DNA of 59,082 bases, filler included, from 4 parts of 4 records of this genome joined end to end with filler, not necessarily neighbours in it; one strand, 5' to 3'; positions 12,598 to 23,262 are shown, numbered from the whole stretch's first letter. Program-made: numbers and translations. The notes: generated by a model from the letters alone, not told the origin.

Positions 12598-15188
12598 ATG
12601 GACCAGAACCAGTTTATTGCCGCGGTGAAGAGCAACCCCGACCACACGCCCGCAGACCACAGTGTTCTCCTCGGCCTGCTGGTCGTCACCGTTGCGTTCT
12701 TCTTATGGCAGCAGTACCATGGGCAGCCAACGCAAAGGGCTCGCCAGACGGCCCCCGCGGACCAGCTGGCGGCGAGGGTGCTTGCAGTGCCCGCCCGAGA
12801 GGAAAAAAACACCGCCCGGCACGCTCCCGCACCGGACGGAGCTGAGAACCGCGATGCGAAGCAAGGGGATGGAGCTGCAGCTGCTCCCTCTAGGGCCCCG
12901 AGAAAGGCTCCGCGACCCAGGGGAGCTTCCTCCGAAGGTCCGGTTGAGCCAACGGAAGATAGTCCAGAGGCCAAGGCCATCAAGTACGTGCTGCGGGTCA
13001 CTGTGACCGGAAAGCAACCCCCTGGCACGGTGGGATCTGGGAAGGACCCGAACGAACTGACGGTCCTGCTCCTGTCGCGGGCTGAAGGGCGCTCGCTGGC
13101 GGCCAATCACATCGGCGACCTGCTGCTGGAGCGGCTCTCGCTGTTCGGAGGACGACATGAGGCGAGGCTCGAGTACCTCCTCATGTGCCACCAGCGCGCT
13201 GAGAAGTTCTCTGAGGCCCCCCCCCGGGCTGTAGCTCAAGACCAAAATGTTGCTGACACCGTGGCGGCGTGCCAGACAGCGGCGGCCAAGTCGCTGGCGC
13301 ATCTGCTCCATCGAGCAGCACAGGCGTCGCCCCGGCCGGAAATCATTTCAAAGTTCGCCAAGCGCCTCGTGAGTGTGCCAATCGTCGGCGAGGGTGTTCA
13401 TGCGAGCCTGGTCAGTTCACTGCAGGGCATGGGTGGGCATGCCCTGGGCAGGGTGTACCCCTTTATTGTTGAGGAGCTGTGCAAGCTCCACCGCAAGACC
13501 TCGATGGAGCTGTACTCGCGGCCTCTACTTTCAACGCTGGCGCTGCTTACGTCTATACCCAGTGTGGCCGAGGTGATTGTGGGCCACAAGAAATGGCTGG
13601 TGGTGCACCCGAACGGGAAACACCTCGAGGAGCTGACCCTCTTTGGAGAGGCATTCGCCGTATCCTCAACTTCACAAGGATGCATCAGCAAGGTAACTTG
13701 AAGTGTCGATCGGTCGAAATCATGCCTTACCGTTCTGACCCCATGCTGTGTAGTACTTTGGTGACCATTCCACTGGGGATATGTCCTCGTGGGAGTATGA
13801 CATGAATGAGATCATTGCTGCCCTTGCGGACAGTATCCGCAACATGCTGATGCACGAGGGCTCGAGGGGCGGGATGCTGCGGTGGCTGGGGTGCATGGTT
13901 GATGGGAACAGGGACGGCGCCTCGTCCCCTGCTGGAACGAGAAGCGAAGGTCAGTCCTCTCCGTCGTTCCTGGCCATAGTCTTCAACGCGGCGGCCCGGG
14001 TCAGCACCGGTGCATTTGCGATGGCCACTGAGGGCATTACCGGCGATTTCGGCCAGGGGGGGTTGGGTGATCTTGCTGGTGATTCCATCACAGTGGCCAA
14101 TGCCCTGAACAACATCGTCGCCGACCTGGCCGTTGTGTCTCTGGGGCCAATACTCCGAGAGCAGATATTCCTTGCCCGGCGGTCCCGCGCTTTGAAAGGA
14201 CAGGCCAAGATGCCGCACTACACCTTCCAGAGGCACCAGCATGAGGTTGCCACCGCTGCGCTCTCGGGAAGGGCCGCGGCACTGAGGGCGCTCCTGGGCG
14301 CGCGCTCTCTCGTTGACGTCTTTATGAAGTACGTAAGCATGAACAGCAGGCTGGTGGCGGGAGTGGGGACGGCGCCAAAGGGCTCCAGGCACACTCTCTT
14401 CACGGATCTATGCGCCACGGTGCTCCTAATGGGCTGTAGGGCATACGGGCGGAGCGCTCCCGTGATCAACCCCGCTGAAATCGTTCCACTGTGCCGATGG
14501 GTGTGTTCTGCTGTCCGCCACAACATTGCGGAAGGCCCCCCCTCGTGTGTCGGGCGGTGGCTGACAGCCCTGCGCGTCCACACGCCGGCCCAGTCGTGCA
14601 CTTATTGCAAGGAATTGAAGGATTCGGCCGGGTTCTATGCGGAATGTCTGAGTCTCCTGGCAAAGATGGATCCCCTTGCGTCCGCCACGGTCGAGGTTAT
14701 CAAGTATTGCAATCAGATCTCCGAGGGGCTCGGGCGGATATTGCGGGATAGCTCTGGCGTGCCTGCCACAGATGAGATCGCAACGGTTCTGGTGGACCAG
14801 GTGGGCACCCACCTGGAGCGGGTCGTCGAGACCGCAAGGGTCATTGCCTTGTGCGCGGGGAAGAAATTACCGCGAACAAGGGCCATTCCCTTCCAGAGAG
14901 CACTCGCGCACTCTGCGGCATACGTTCTCGAGGCAAGCGTTCTTCTCAGTCGCTTATCACCAGCCAGCCGCAACCTTGAAATGCTTGCCGGCCTGCCAGG
15001 ATGGGCCGGGCTTCATCAGAGGTCCACCCCCGGTAGGATTGCCAGGATGGTAAGTGGCCTCGCGGTTATCTTGTTCTGCACGGATTGACTAACATGACTG
15101 CGGGCAGCATGGCCTGAACATGCAGCTCTTGCGCGAGCTCGGAGCCGTTGGTACCACGGGCCAGCGGTCGGACACAACCCCGCTATGA
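12598..15188 (+). CDS. Unknown protein with an N-terminal TM helix and weak UFD2/UBE4-core-like segments; exons 12598-13692, 13754-15049, 15108-15188
   Basis: GT-AG introns join the two long ORFs in frame. LEYLLMCHQRA, GKHLEELTLFGEAF and LRWLGCMVDGN resemble Ufd2 core motifs. No U-box is visible. Confidence 0.5.
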
Positions 15189-15277
15189 CGGAAGACGGAT
15201 TCGTGGAAATGTGATTTTATTTAAGTTACAATGTTCTACCATGCAAGCTCATACGGGCAGAACCCCGCAGGCCGGGC

Positions 15278-17836
15278 TCAGTTCTTCTCGAAGAGCAGCT
15301 CCCGGGCCGAGCTCGCCCGCGCGGTCGACCGGTCCGTGAGGGGATCCATGCTGCTGGTCATCGGCGACGCTTGCGAGGGCGTGTATTCGTCGCCAGACTG
15401 GGCCGAAGTAAACTCGTCGTCGTCATCCCGAGGGCTCATCATGGAACTTCCCGATGCGCCTCTGTTTCTATTATTCAACCGCGGAATACGACCGTCCACA
15501 AAATTGATCACGTTGAACAATGCCTCCTCCGTCAGGTCTGGCGGCAGCTGGCCCAACAAACCCAGAACTTCGTCTTTCTCCTCCAAGGTGTCCACACGCG
15601 TGGCAACTAGCTTCATGGTGGAAAGCGCCGCACGAACCAGCAACGGCTCGCCGTCCAGCAGGAAGCAGTCGAACACACGTGTCGCCGTGTCCAACGGAAG
15701 CGACTGGCTCATGAGCGTAATGTACCACGGGCGGAGATACTCGGCAGTCTTGATGTCAAGCTGCCTAAACTTTTGATAGACAGCAGGGAGGGTCTCGCTC
15801 AGCTTGGCTTCGAATGCGTCAATCTTCTCCTGTATCGCGCTTACGTCCTTCTTGATAAATGCCTGGAAAAACGGCAAGTCCAGCAGATTCACCAAGCATA
15901 CAAAGGCGTCGTACTGGTCCATGTAGAGCAACAGCAGCGCCGCGAGGAAGGTCATGCCGGGAAGATAGTCGATCTCATACTCGGAGCCCTCGTTCACCAT
16001 GGCCATGTACCCCGTCACTATCTCCAGGAGAGGGCCCATCAGCGGGCCTTCGTCATGGAAGAACGACAGGTCCGGGAACGTAGACGAGATGTCCGACTCT
16101 ATCTGTTTCATTGTGTCAACATCAAGCTCCGATACTTGCATGCGGCGCCCCATCTGCATGTACTCGAAATACTTCTCCTGGGGGATCTGCTTCCGGGTGC
16201 ATATTGCCAGCGGCCAGACCTTTGGCCGGACTGACGGGGGGATACCCGCCCACCACAATACCCTGAGGCGCTTCTGACCCTGCATCTCCTTCCAGTTGGG
16301 GATGACATCCTCGGTCCACCGCACCTTGGCGGTCGACAGCCTCCGCTCCCTGTGGGCCCGCCTTCTGGTGATCTCCCTGGCCCTCCTCTCCAGCTGATTG
16401 CGCTCCACCACTTGCTCGAAATAATGCAGCCACATATCGCGAATGGCCTGCGTCCCTGCCTCAAGATCAAGAGTCCTCCTCCTCGTGATAAGAGAAAAGC
16501 ACAGCTCGTCCTTGATGGGCAGGGCCGACCCGCTCTTCTCAAATGCGGCGGTCAACTGGCCGCCATTCGCACTGTTGATCTCCCGGAGGTACAGGGACTT
16601 GCTCTTCTTCTCTCCGACCTTCTGCCAGCTCACCTTGGAGAGATCGTCTGACAGCCACACCCTCCGCGGGCTGGGCTTGCCCCTCTTTCCGTAGGGGTAT
16701 TTCAAGAACATCGCTCCTTCCTTCATTTGCTTCAGGATGTCGTCTTCTCCGGCCGTGTTCCCGCTAGTCACCATCTTGATCTCGTTCTTGACAATGCGAT
16801 CGTACAGCCCCTCCAAGAACTCCCTCGTCAGCTCCTCCGAGTCGCTGATCCGCTTGTAGTTCTTGACAAACTCCAGCTTTGTCATTTTCTTCTTGACACT
16901 CCTGGAGTGCGCATCCGTGTTGAGCATGATGGTCGCAAATGCGAGGATGTATGCTGTGTCAGGGTTCTTGAACTGGTTCGGGTTTGACTCGCAGTAGTGC
17001 TGGGCAAACGCCTCCATCATCTTGTCAATCACCGGAGCCTCCCCGGGCAGTTTGAACTTGGACAGAAATCTCCTCAGCGAGTCATCGAACGACAGCCCCC
17101 TAAAGTCTATCATGGACACGTACTGCTGCAGGACGTCCATGCAGAAACTATCGCTGATGATGCCCAAGTAGTCTCCAATTTTCATGATATTCAGCTCCGG
17201 CGTCTCGTGAAGGAACGTTGCCACGGACTGCGCTGTGCCCGGGTGAATTAGCTTCTTTTCCACAAGGAACTTTACGCCCTTGACCGGTTTCTCGTTAAAT
17301 AGTCGTATGCCCTCCTCCCACCACAGCTTCATCATCTCGTGGTCCTTCTGAAGCAGGTTGTTGTGCACCCAGTCCCCGCGCCCGCTGCCTCGTTGGGCCA
17401 TCGCGTCGTCCTTGCTGGAGCCCCCGAAGGGGGTCATGGGGAGCATGGGCGAGTGGTCCGTCACCTTGCCCTTGGTCGACTCGAGCTTTCCCCTGGCCGT
17501 CAAGGGTTCGCGCACGTGGGGTCGTGTACTAGTATCTATGGCCAGCCCCCTGGAGCTATCGCCTGCCTGTGGCCTTCCTCCCTTCCCCTTAACCCCAACA
17601 GCGCGCATCCTCTTAAATATTGACAGCCCCGACTCCGATATGTTAAAACTTTGCTGGCTGGGAGAGGTGTCCTCAACAGCGTCTACCAAAGGCCGTTCTG
17701 TGCAAGTGTCAGACCACCTGTCGCAAAGGCGCTCGCGACGCAGAACAAATACCTGACTGAGCTTTGGCATCAAGATCAGATGTATGTGAGTTGACTCGTG
17801 GAAGTTCTGTCGTTGGTAGGGTGCTCTCAGGCGCAA
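15278..17836 (-). CDS. Sec7-PH-TBC protein (TBS-type ArfGEF/RabGAP fusion); real start may be the ATG at 17608
   Basis: Sec7 motifs FKLPGEAPVID and IMLNTDAH; PH-like KEGAMFLKY...CFSLIT...TLDLEA; TBC motifs GIPPSVRPKVW, IESDISSTFP, YLPGMTFLAA, RVFDCFLLDG. Confidence 0.9.
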   Translation of the reverse strand: MRLRAPYQRQNFHESTHIHLILMPKLSQVFVLRRERLCDRWSDTCTERPLVDAVEDTSPSQQSFNISESGLSIFKRMRAVGVKGKGGRPQAGDSSRGLAIDTSTRPHVREPLTARGKLESTKGKVTDHSPMLPMTPFGGSSKDDAMAQRGSGRGDWVHNNLLQKDHEMMKLWWEEGIRLFNEKPVKGVKFLVEKKLIHPGTAQSVATFLHETPELNIMKIGDYLGIISDSFCMDVLQQYVSMIDFRGLSFDDSLRRFLSKFKLPGEAPVIDKMMEAFAQHYCESNPNQFKNPDTAYILAFATIMLNTDAHSRSVKKKMTKLEFVKNYKRISDSEELTREFLEGLYDRIVKNEIKMVTSGNTAGEDDILKQMKEGAMFLKYPYGKRGKPSPRRVWLSDDLSKVSWQKVGEKKSKSLYLREINSANGGQLTAAFEKSGSALPIKDELCFSLITRRRTLDLEAGTQAIRDMWLHYFEQVVERNQLERRAREITRRRAHRERRLSTAKVRWTEDVIPNWKEMQGQKRLRVLWWAGIPPSVRPKVWPLAICTRKQIPQEKYFEYMQMGRRMQVSELDVDTMKQIESDISSTFPDLSFFHDEGPLMGPLLEIVTGYMAMVNEGSEYEIDYLPGMTFLAALLLLYMDQYDAFVCLVNLLDLPFFQAFIKKDVSAIQEKIDAFEAKLSETLPAVYQKFRQLDIKTAEYLRPWYITLMSQSLPLDTATRVFDCFLLDGEPLLVRAALSTMKLVATRVDTLEEKDEVLGLLGQLPPDLTEEALFNVINFVDGRIPRLNNRNRGASGSSMMSPRDDDDEFTSAQSGDEYTPSQASPMTSSMDPLTDRSTARASSARELLFEKN

Positions 17837-18824
17837 GCCCGCCCAACACAGTTTCGTTGTCCATGTTATTGTCCCCCCCAGACACCTTTCTCACATAATG
17901 CAGGGCGACTATGCGGTGAACTGGTCTGCTGGGTAAGAACGTTTGGGATGACTTCGATAGATGTGGCGGGGCCGATTATATGTGCCTATGAAGGCCTCGT
18001 GTTGCCGCAGTTCGCTGCGGCTTTTGATGCAGTCCTGGCAAGAGGGCGGGCCTCTTTCGCAGTGCTTCATGACGTTCCAGCGGCCTGCGCCGGGTGGCAA
18101 AGGGAGTCCGTTGAGCCCGGACGCTCCCCAGCGCCGATACGCTGGTTTGAGCTGGTTTGAGAGGGTCCCACCGCCATCTGCGCTGGGCGCCAAGGATCTC
18201 TGCCTCTCTGTAGGCTGGGTCTGAGACGGGGGATGGAGACTCTCAGTAGGATCCGGCTGGGCTTGGCCGGAACTGGTGGACCGGCCGAGGCCCTCCCCCA
18301 GCCGGCGGCCCGGCCGCGGCCGGGAGCTTCCGGCCGACGGCGGCACGCGCGCGACCCGGAATGCACGCGCCGGGAACGATGGAACGGCGGGCGCGGTGCC
18401 CACTGGCCTCCTCCGCATCACGGCCTCGCTCACACCGGTCCAGCAGACCGAGCCGGAGAGCCGGGCACGGATGCCGAGGCGCCCTGACCACCGCGCCCCG
18501 GCCCCAACCGTGATGAGGAGTGAGTGAGAGTACAACGATGTATCGTGATGTAACGATTGTCGGAATCGGGAATTCCTTTACTATCTCCGGATTCCAAGAT
18601 GCCGGCTCAGGCCGGGCCGTCCGGTCTCATGTCATTGGTCGCCGCGTGACCGATCGGTCGCCGCGGCCGGCCAGTGCGCCCGCACGCCGCGCGTCCCCGG
18701 TCTTGCCCCGCCCGCCCCAGCGCGGCCAGGCTGGGCCGGACTTGGCCGGACCGCCGCCGGCCCGAGCGCCTCGCCGAGCAACCGGACCCGACACGTGACC
18801 GGACGCCCGCGGGGCAGTTTCGAA

Positions 18825-18924
18825 NNNNNNNNNNNNNNNNNNNNNNNNNNNNNNNNNNNNNNNNNNNNTTAATTAATTAANNNNNNNNNNNNNNNNNNNN
18901 NNNNNNNNNNNNNNNNNNNNNNNN
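18825..18924. other. Artificial contig linker (six-frame stop spacer)
   Basis: 44 N + TTAATTAATTAA + 44 N, identical at three places in the window. Confidence 0.99.
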
Positions 18925-19257
18925 GTGGTGTTCCGCAACTATCAGTGGGGCGCGGAAAAACGCAACTCGACGCTCTGGTATGACGACAACTTCGTCGGAA
19001 CCGAGCTCGATCTTGAGGTTTCCTATGCCGGCATCGCGCGGGCCTGCGGCCTTCAGGGCGTACAGGCGCGCACCATGGACGAACTGACGCAAATGCTGGC
19101 GCAGGCGGTGGAAGACCAGATGACGAAGGGCAAGACCACCCTCATAGAGGCGCTGATCAACCAGGAACTCGGCGAGCCCTTCCGCCGCGACGCCATGAAG
19201 AAGCCGGTCGTCGTTGCCGACATCGACAGCGCCGACATGCGCCCGCAGATCGTCTGA
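18925..19257 (+). CDS. xsc: Sulfoacetaldehyde acetyltransferase, C-terminal fragment
   Basis: VFRNYQWGAEKRNSTLWYDDNFVGTEL...ELGEPFRRDAMKKP is the characteristic Xsc C-terminus. Confidence 0.93.
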   Translation: MVFRNYQWGAEKRNSTLWYDDNFVGTELDLEVSYAGIARACGLQGVQARTMDELTQMLAQAVEDQMTKGKTTLIEALINQELGEPFRRDAMKKPVVVADIDSADMRPQIV

Positions 19258-19269
19258 GGCGAGCCGCAT

Positions 19270-19361
19270 GCGCGCGAATATGAGCAGCCGCGTTCACGCG
19301 CGGCGGGCTCATCGCGCGCGGGACCCTTCAACGGCCTGGACGCGCCCATATTGAGGGGTCC
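19270..19361. terminator. Two tandem hairpins between convergent xsc and iclR
   Basis: GCGCGCGA..TGAGC...GCTCATCGCGCGC (19270-19319) and GGACCCTTCAA...TTGAGGGGTCC (19321-19361). Confidence 0.55.
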
Positions 19362-20179
19362 TAAAGCATTCCCCGCGCGATATGCTCGATCTTGCGCGTG
19401 ACCTCGAGCAGGCGCGGCGCGAGTTCCTTTTCCAGCCTTTCCGTGGTGAAGAGCGAGCGCAGGCCTCCGACATTGATGCAATAGACAGGATAACCGTCCG
19501 GACGGCGGATCACCGCGCCGGCGGAATTCGCCTCGGCGATCCAGTCGCCATTGCTCAGCGCGAAGCCGTTGCGCTCGGCATAGGCGATCGCCGCACGCGT
19601 CTTGACCTCCATCTCCGGCCAGCCCTCGCCGAACTGTTTTGCCGCAGCGCTCAGACAGGCCTCCCGCTCCTTCTCCGGCAGGGCTGCGAGAAAGGCGCGG
19701 CCCATGCCGGTGGAAACCATCGGAATGCGCGAACCGACCCCGAGGCGAATCGCCATGGAGGCCTTGGTGCGGCAGGCCTCGACATAGATGATCTCGTTTC
19801 CGTCGAGGGTGCCGAGATAGACGCTGGCATTGGCGTATTCGGCAAGCGATTGCATGTAGGGGCGCGCGATGTCGCGAATCTCCATCTGCGCCATCACGTC
19901 ATAGCCGAGCGTCAGCACGGCGGGGCCCAGCGAATAGCGCCCGGTCTCCTCGTCATGGTTGAGATAGCCCAATTCCGTGAGCGTGAAGGTCAGCCGCGAG
20001 ACCGTTGCCTTGGACAGGCCGACGCGCCCGGCGATCTCGGCGTTGCCGATCGGCCGGTTGTCGGGACCGAACGCCTTCAGGACGGCCAGTCCGCGTGCGA
20101 GGCCGGAGTTGATCCTGTAGTCTTTTTTGCCACTTGAAGGCGGTGGCGCTTCTTTTCTTCTGACCAAGGCGGTTTCCAT
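19361..20179 (-). CDS. IclR-family transcriptional regulator
   Basis: LARGLAVLKAF...LSKATVSRLTFTL HTH and GSRIPMVSTGMGRAFLA effector-domain motif. Confidence 0.92.
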   Translation of the reverse strand: METALVRRKEAPPPSSGKKDYRINSGLARGLAVLKAFGPDNRPIGNAEIAGRVGLSKATVSRLTFTLTELGYLNHDEETGRYSLGPAVLTLGYDVMAQMEIRDIARPYMQSLAEYANASVYLGTLDGNEIIYVEACRTKASMAIRLGVGSRIPMVSTGMGRAFLAALPEKEREACLSAAAKQFGEGWPEMEVKTRAAIAYAERNGFALSNGDWIAEANSAGAVIRRPDGYPVYCINVGGLRSLFTTERLEKELAPRLLEVTRKIEHIARGML

Positions 20180-20317
20180 TCGGGAGACGATCGGACAGTC
20201 ATTTGTCTGTGAGACATATCCACAAGGAAACCCAAATGCAAACGTCAAGCCCGGCAGGACGCGGCAGGGCTCGCGCGGCGGCTTCGTCCGCCGCGCGATA
20301 CCGCCCGTTTCGCGCCA

Positions 20318-22015
20318 TCAGGCCGAGGGTGGCGACCAGGCTTCCGGCGCCCGGGGATGGATGTCGGTGACAACGTCGATCAGCGCCGGCCGGCGCGCGG
20401 CGATCGCCGCCTTCAGCGTCGGCCCCAGGTCTTCCGGCCGTTCCACCCGGTAGCCGTCGACGCCGAAATCCTTCGCCACGGCGCAGAAATCCGTCGGGCC
20501 GAATCGGTTGATCTCTTCCGGGGAGCCGCCGCTCCGCCCGGCATAGAAGGAGGCGACCTTCGGCGTGCCCTGGCCGAAGCCGGAATTGTTGTTGATCACC
20601 GTCACCACCGGAATGTTCCAGCGGCTCTGGGTCTCCAACTCGCTTAGATGATAGTAGAACGCGCCGTCGCCGGAGAAACACACAACCGGGCGGTCGGGCG
20701 CGCCGCACTGGGCGCCGAGTGCTGCGGGGAAGGCCCAGCCGAGCGAACCCGCGGCCCGCAGATAGCTCTGGCCCTTGTGCGGCAGGTCCAGCATGGTCGC
20801 CGTCCAGATGCCGGAATAACCGGTATCGGCCACCAGCACGGCATTGTCCGGGAGCGCGTCGGAGATTTCGCGGCAAAGCCGCTCCACCCGCAAGGGCGTC
20901 GCGTCCGAGGAGAGATGCGGCTCCATCTCGCCCCGCCACTGCGCGACGCGGCGGGCCGCAAGGGCGGCGAAGGTCTTCCAGCTCTCCTTTGGAGCAACAA
21001 CCGCGTCGAGATCGGCCACCGCCTGGCGCGGGCAACCCCACACGCCGGTCACGCCCGGATAGTTGCGGCCGATCTCCTGTCCGTCGAGATCGATCTGGAT
21101 GATCGCGCCGCCCTGACGGGGCACAGTGTAATTATTGGTCGGCTGATCGCCGGCATGACAGCCGATATAGATGACAAGATCGGCCTCGTGGACGAGTTGA
21201 TTGCCGGTCGGGGCCGAATAGGTTCCAACCGTGCCGATATGCAGTTCGTGGGTCGTCGGAACGATGGTGCGGCCGCCGAGCGAAGTGGCGACGGGAATGG
21301 CGCAGCGCTCCGCGAAGGCGAGGATTTCAGCATGAGCGCCAACCTGGATGGCGCCGGCGCCGACCACCATGACGGGACGTTCGGCTGCGGAAAGCCGCGC
21401 CGCGGCGGCCTCGATCACCGGCTTGGGCGCGACCGGCCGGTGAACGGGCAGACATCCGAGCGCGGCATCGGGAAAGGTCGGTGACGGGACGTCGCCCTTT
21501 TCCAGGATCTCGCCGCCAAGCCCGTTGACGTCGAGATGCACAGGGCGCGGCGATCCGTCTGTCGCCATGCGGAAGGCCTGCGCCAGAAGATGCGGCAGTT
21601 CCCGCGCCTCGGCAATATCCATGCTGGCCTTGGTGACCGACGAGAAGAAAGGCGTGTGCGCCACTTCCTGATAGGCGTTGCGATAGCGCAGCATCGGTTC
21701 CTTGCGCCCGGTCAGCGCCACCACAGGCGCGCGATGCAGAAAGGCATCCTGAAGCCCCGCCGCCAGATTTGCCGCGCCGACCGACTGCGCCATGCACACG
21801 CCCACCCGGTTGCTCACCCGCGCATAGCCGTCAGCCATGTAGGCCGCCGATTTCTCCGAATGCGCCAATATGCGCGTGATGCCGAGTTCCTCCATCTCGA
21901 CCAGCGTCGGCCGCAGGATCGCGTCCATGAAGAACACGTGGCTGACGCCAAGCGCCTTGAAGGCTTCCGCGATATAGCGCGCGCCCTTCATCGAAGCCGG
22001 TTTTTCCTCTGTCAT
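20318..22015 (-). CDS. Thiamine diphosphate-dependent enzyme (acetolactate synthase-like fold), substrate unknown
   Basis: HSEKSAAYMADGYAR (catalytic Glu), GSLGWAFPAALG, SGDGAF...NN ThDP motif; GGAGGG RBS upstream of ATG 22015. Confidence 0.9.
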   Translation of the reverse strand: MTEEKPASMKGARYIAEAFKALGVSHVFFMDAILRPTLVEMEELGITRILAHSEKSAAYMADGYARVSNRVGVCMAQSVGAANLAAGLQDAFLHRAPVVALTGRKEPMLRYRNAYQEVAHTPFFSSVTKASMDIAEARELPHLLAQAFRMATDGSPRPVHLDVNGLGGEILEKGDVPSPTFPDAALGCLPVHRPVAPKPVIEAAAARLSAAERPVMVVGAGAIQVGAHAEILAFAERCAIPVATSLGGRTIVPTTHELHIGTVGTYSAPTGNQLVHEADLVIYIGCHAGDQPTNNYTVPRQGGAIIQIDLDGQEIGRNYPGVTGVWGCPRQAVADLDAVVAPKESWKTFAALAARRVAQWRGEMEPHLSSDATPLRVERLCREISDALPDNAVLVADTGYSGIWTATMLDLPHKGQSYLRAAGSLGWAFPAALGAQCGAPDRPVVCFSGDGAFYYHLSELETQSRWNIPVVTVINNNSGFGQGTPKVASFYAGRSGGSPEEINRFGPTDFCAVAKDFGVDGYRVERPEDLGPTLKAAIAARRPALIDVVTDIHPRAPEAWSPPSA

Positions 22016-22038
22016 GATTTTCTTCCCTCCCATTTTTT

Positions 22039-22052
22039 TGAAAGCGCTTTCA
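22039..22052. promoter_or_regulatory. LacI-family operator
   Basis: Perfect palindrome TGAAAGCGCTTTCA with central CG, between the divergent ThDP-enzyme and LacI genes. Confidence 0.75.
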
Positions 22053-22101
22053 GATGACAAGGATTCCCGACTACCGGTTTAAAATCAACGTCTATTTTCA
22101 T

Positions 22102-22120
22102 TTTTGAAACAGTATTTCAA
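22102..22120. promoter_or_regulatory. Palindromic operator TTGAAA-N5-TTTCAA (copy 1)
   Basis: TTTTGAAACAGTATTTCAA; 17/19 identical to 37443-37461. Confidence 0.6.
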
Positions 22121-22178
22121 TAATTTCTGAATTCGTTTGCATTCGTCAAAACCAGCGCTAGGATGACGACGGAGAAAC

Positions 22179-23222
22179 ATGAAGAGAGCACGAAGCGTGG
22201 CGCGGAAAGAGGAGATGCAGCCGGCAGGCCGGCGGGTGAGAATGGAGGAGGTCGCTCGCGTCGCAGGCGTGTCGCCGGCCACGGTTTCGCGCGCGCTGAA
22301 ATCGCCGGACACCGTCTCGAACAAGCGCCTCGCCCAGGTTCTGGAAGCCGCCCGGCGTCTGGGTTACGCGCCGAACCCCATTGCCGGCAGTCTGGCCGGT
22401 ACGCGCACCCCGCTGGTGGGGGTGATCGTGCCGAGCCTCACCAACGCCTTTTTCGCCGTGACGATCGAGCGCATGTCGGCCATTCTCGAGGCCGAAGGCT
22501 ATCAGCTGATGATCGGCCAGCACGGATATGACGCCGCCCGCGAGGAGCGCATCGTCAACGCCTTTGCGGGCTGGAATCCGGCAGCCCTGGTGGTGACCGG
22601 CCGCGACCACACGCGCGGCGCGGTCAACCTTCTGTCATCGGCCCCCTGCCCGGTGATCGAGATGTGGGATTATGACGAGCGCCCGCTCGACAGCGGCATC
22701 GGTTTCAGCAATCGCGAGGCCGGGCGTCTCGCCGGACGGTATTTCGCCGAAAAGGGCCATGAGAACGTTGCCTATGTCGGTGCGACGCTCGATACCGACC
22801 CCCGCGCCCGTGCCCGCGCCGAGGGCTTTCTGGAAGCATTCCGGCAGGAAACCGGCCGCGACGCCCGGCTGATGGCGGTCGTGAGCCGCGACCTTGGCGA
22901 AGGCGGCGCGGCGCTGAAATCGGTTCTGGAACAGTGCTCCGAAACGAACGCGATCGCTTTTTCCGGCGACATGCTGGCGGTCGGCGCGATGTTCGAGGCC
23001 GCGCGGATGGGGCTTTCGATTCCCGCCGATCTCGCACTCCTCGGCTATGGCGATCTCGATATCGCCGTCCACACCAATCCGCCGCTTTCGACCATCCGCC
23101 CGCCGCACGAAAAGATCGGCGCAGCGGTGGCGCGTCACATTCTCGAACGTCTCGCCAATCCCGAGGCCGGCGGCGAAAATCTGGATCTCGGCGTCGAGCT
23201 CGTCGTGAGGAGCACGGCCTGA
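22179..23222 (+). CDS. LacI-family regulator (start may be 22215)
   Basis: MEEVARVAGVSPATVSRAL HTH, LGYAPN, PPLSTIR and VRST C-terminus. Confidence 0.93.
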   Translation: MKRARSVARKEEMQPAGRRVRMEEVARVAGVSPATVSRALKSPDTVSNKRLAQVLEAARRLGYAPNPIAGSLAGTRTPLVGVIVPSLTNAFFAVTIERMSAILEAEGYQLMIGQHGYDAAREERIVNAFAGWNPAALVVTGRDHTRGAVNLLSSAPCPVIEMWDYDERPLDSGIGFSNREAGRLAGRYFAEKGHENVAYVGATLDTDPRARARAEGFLEAFRQETGRDARLMAVVSRDLGEGGAALKSVLEQCSETNAIAFSGDMLAVGAMFEAARMGLSIPADLALLGYGDLDIAVHTNPPLSTIRPPHEKIGAAVARHILERLANPEAGGENLDLGVELVVRSTA

Positions 23223-23262
23223 ACCCAGACCGAAACTGTCGTTGAACGGGAGGAGGAACCCA

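Noticed and set aside
18510-18610. Possible C/D snoRNA (GTGATGA followed by a hairpin)
   Set aside because: No downstream CTGA D box or terminal stem.
18869-18880. TTAATTAATTAA as a biological repeat or target-site duplication
   Set aside because: Embedded in fixed-length N runs; an assembly spacer.
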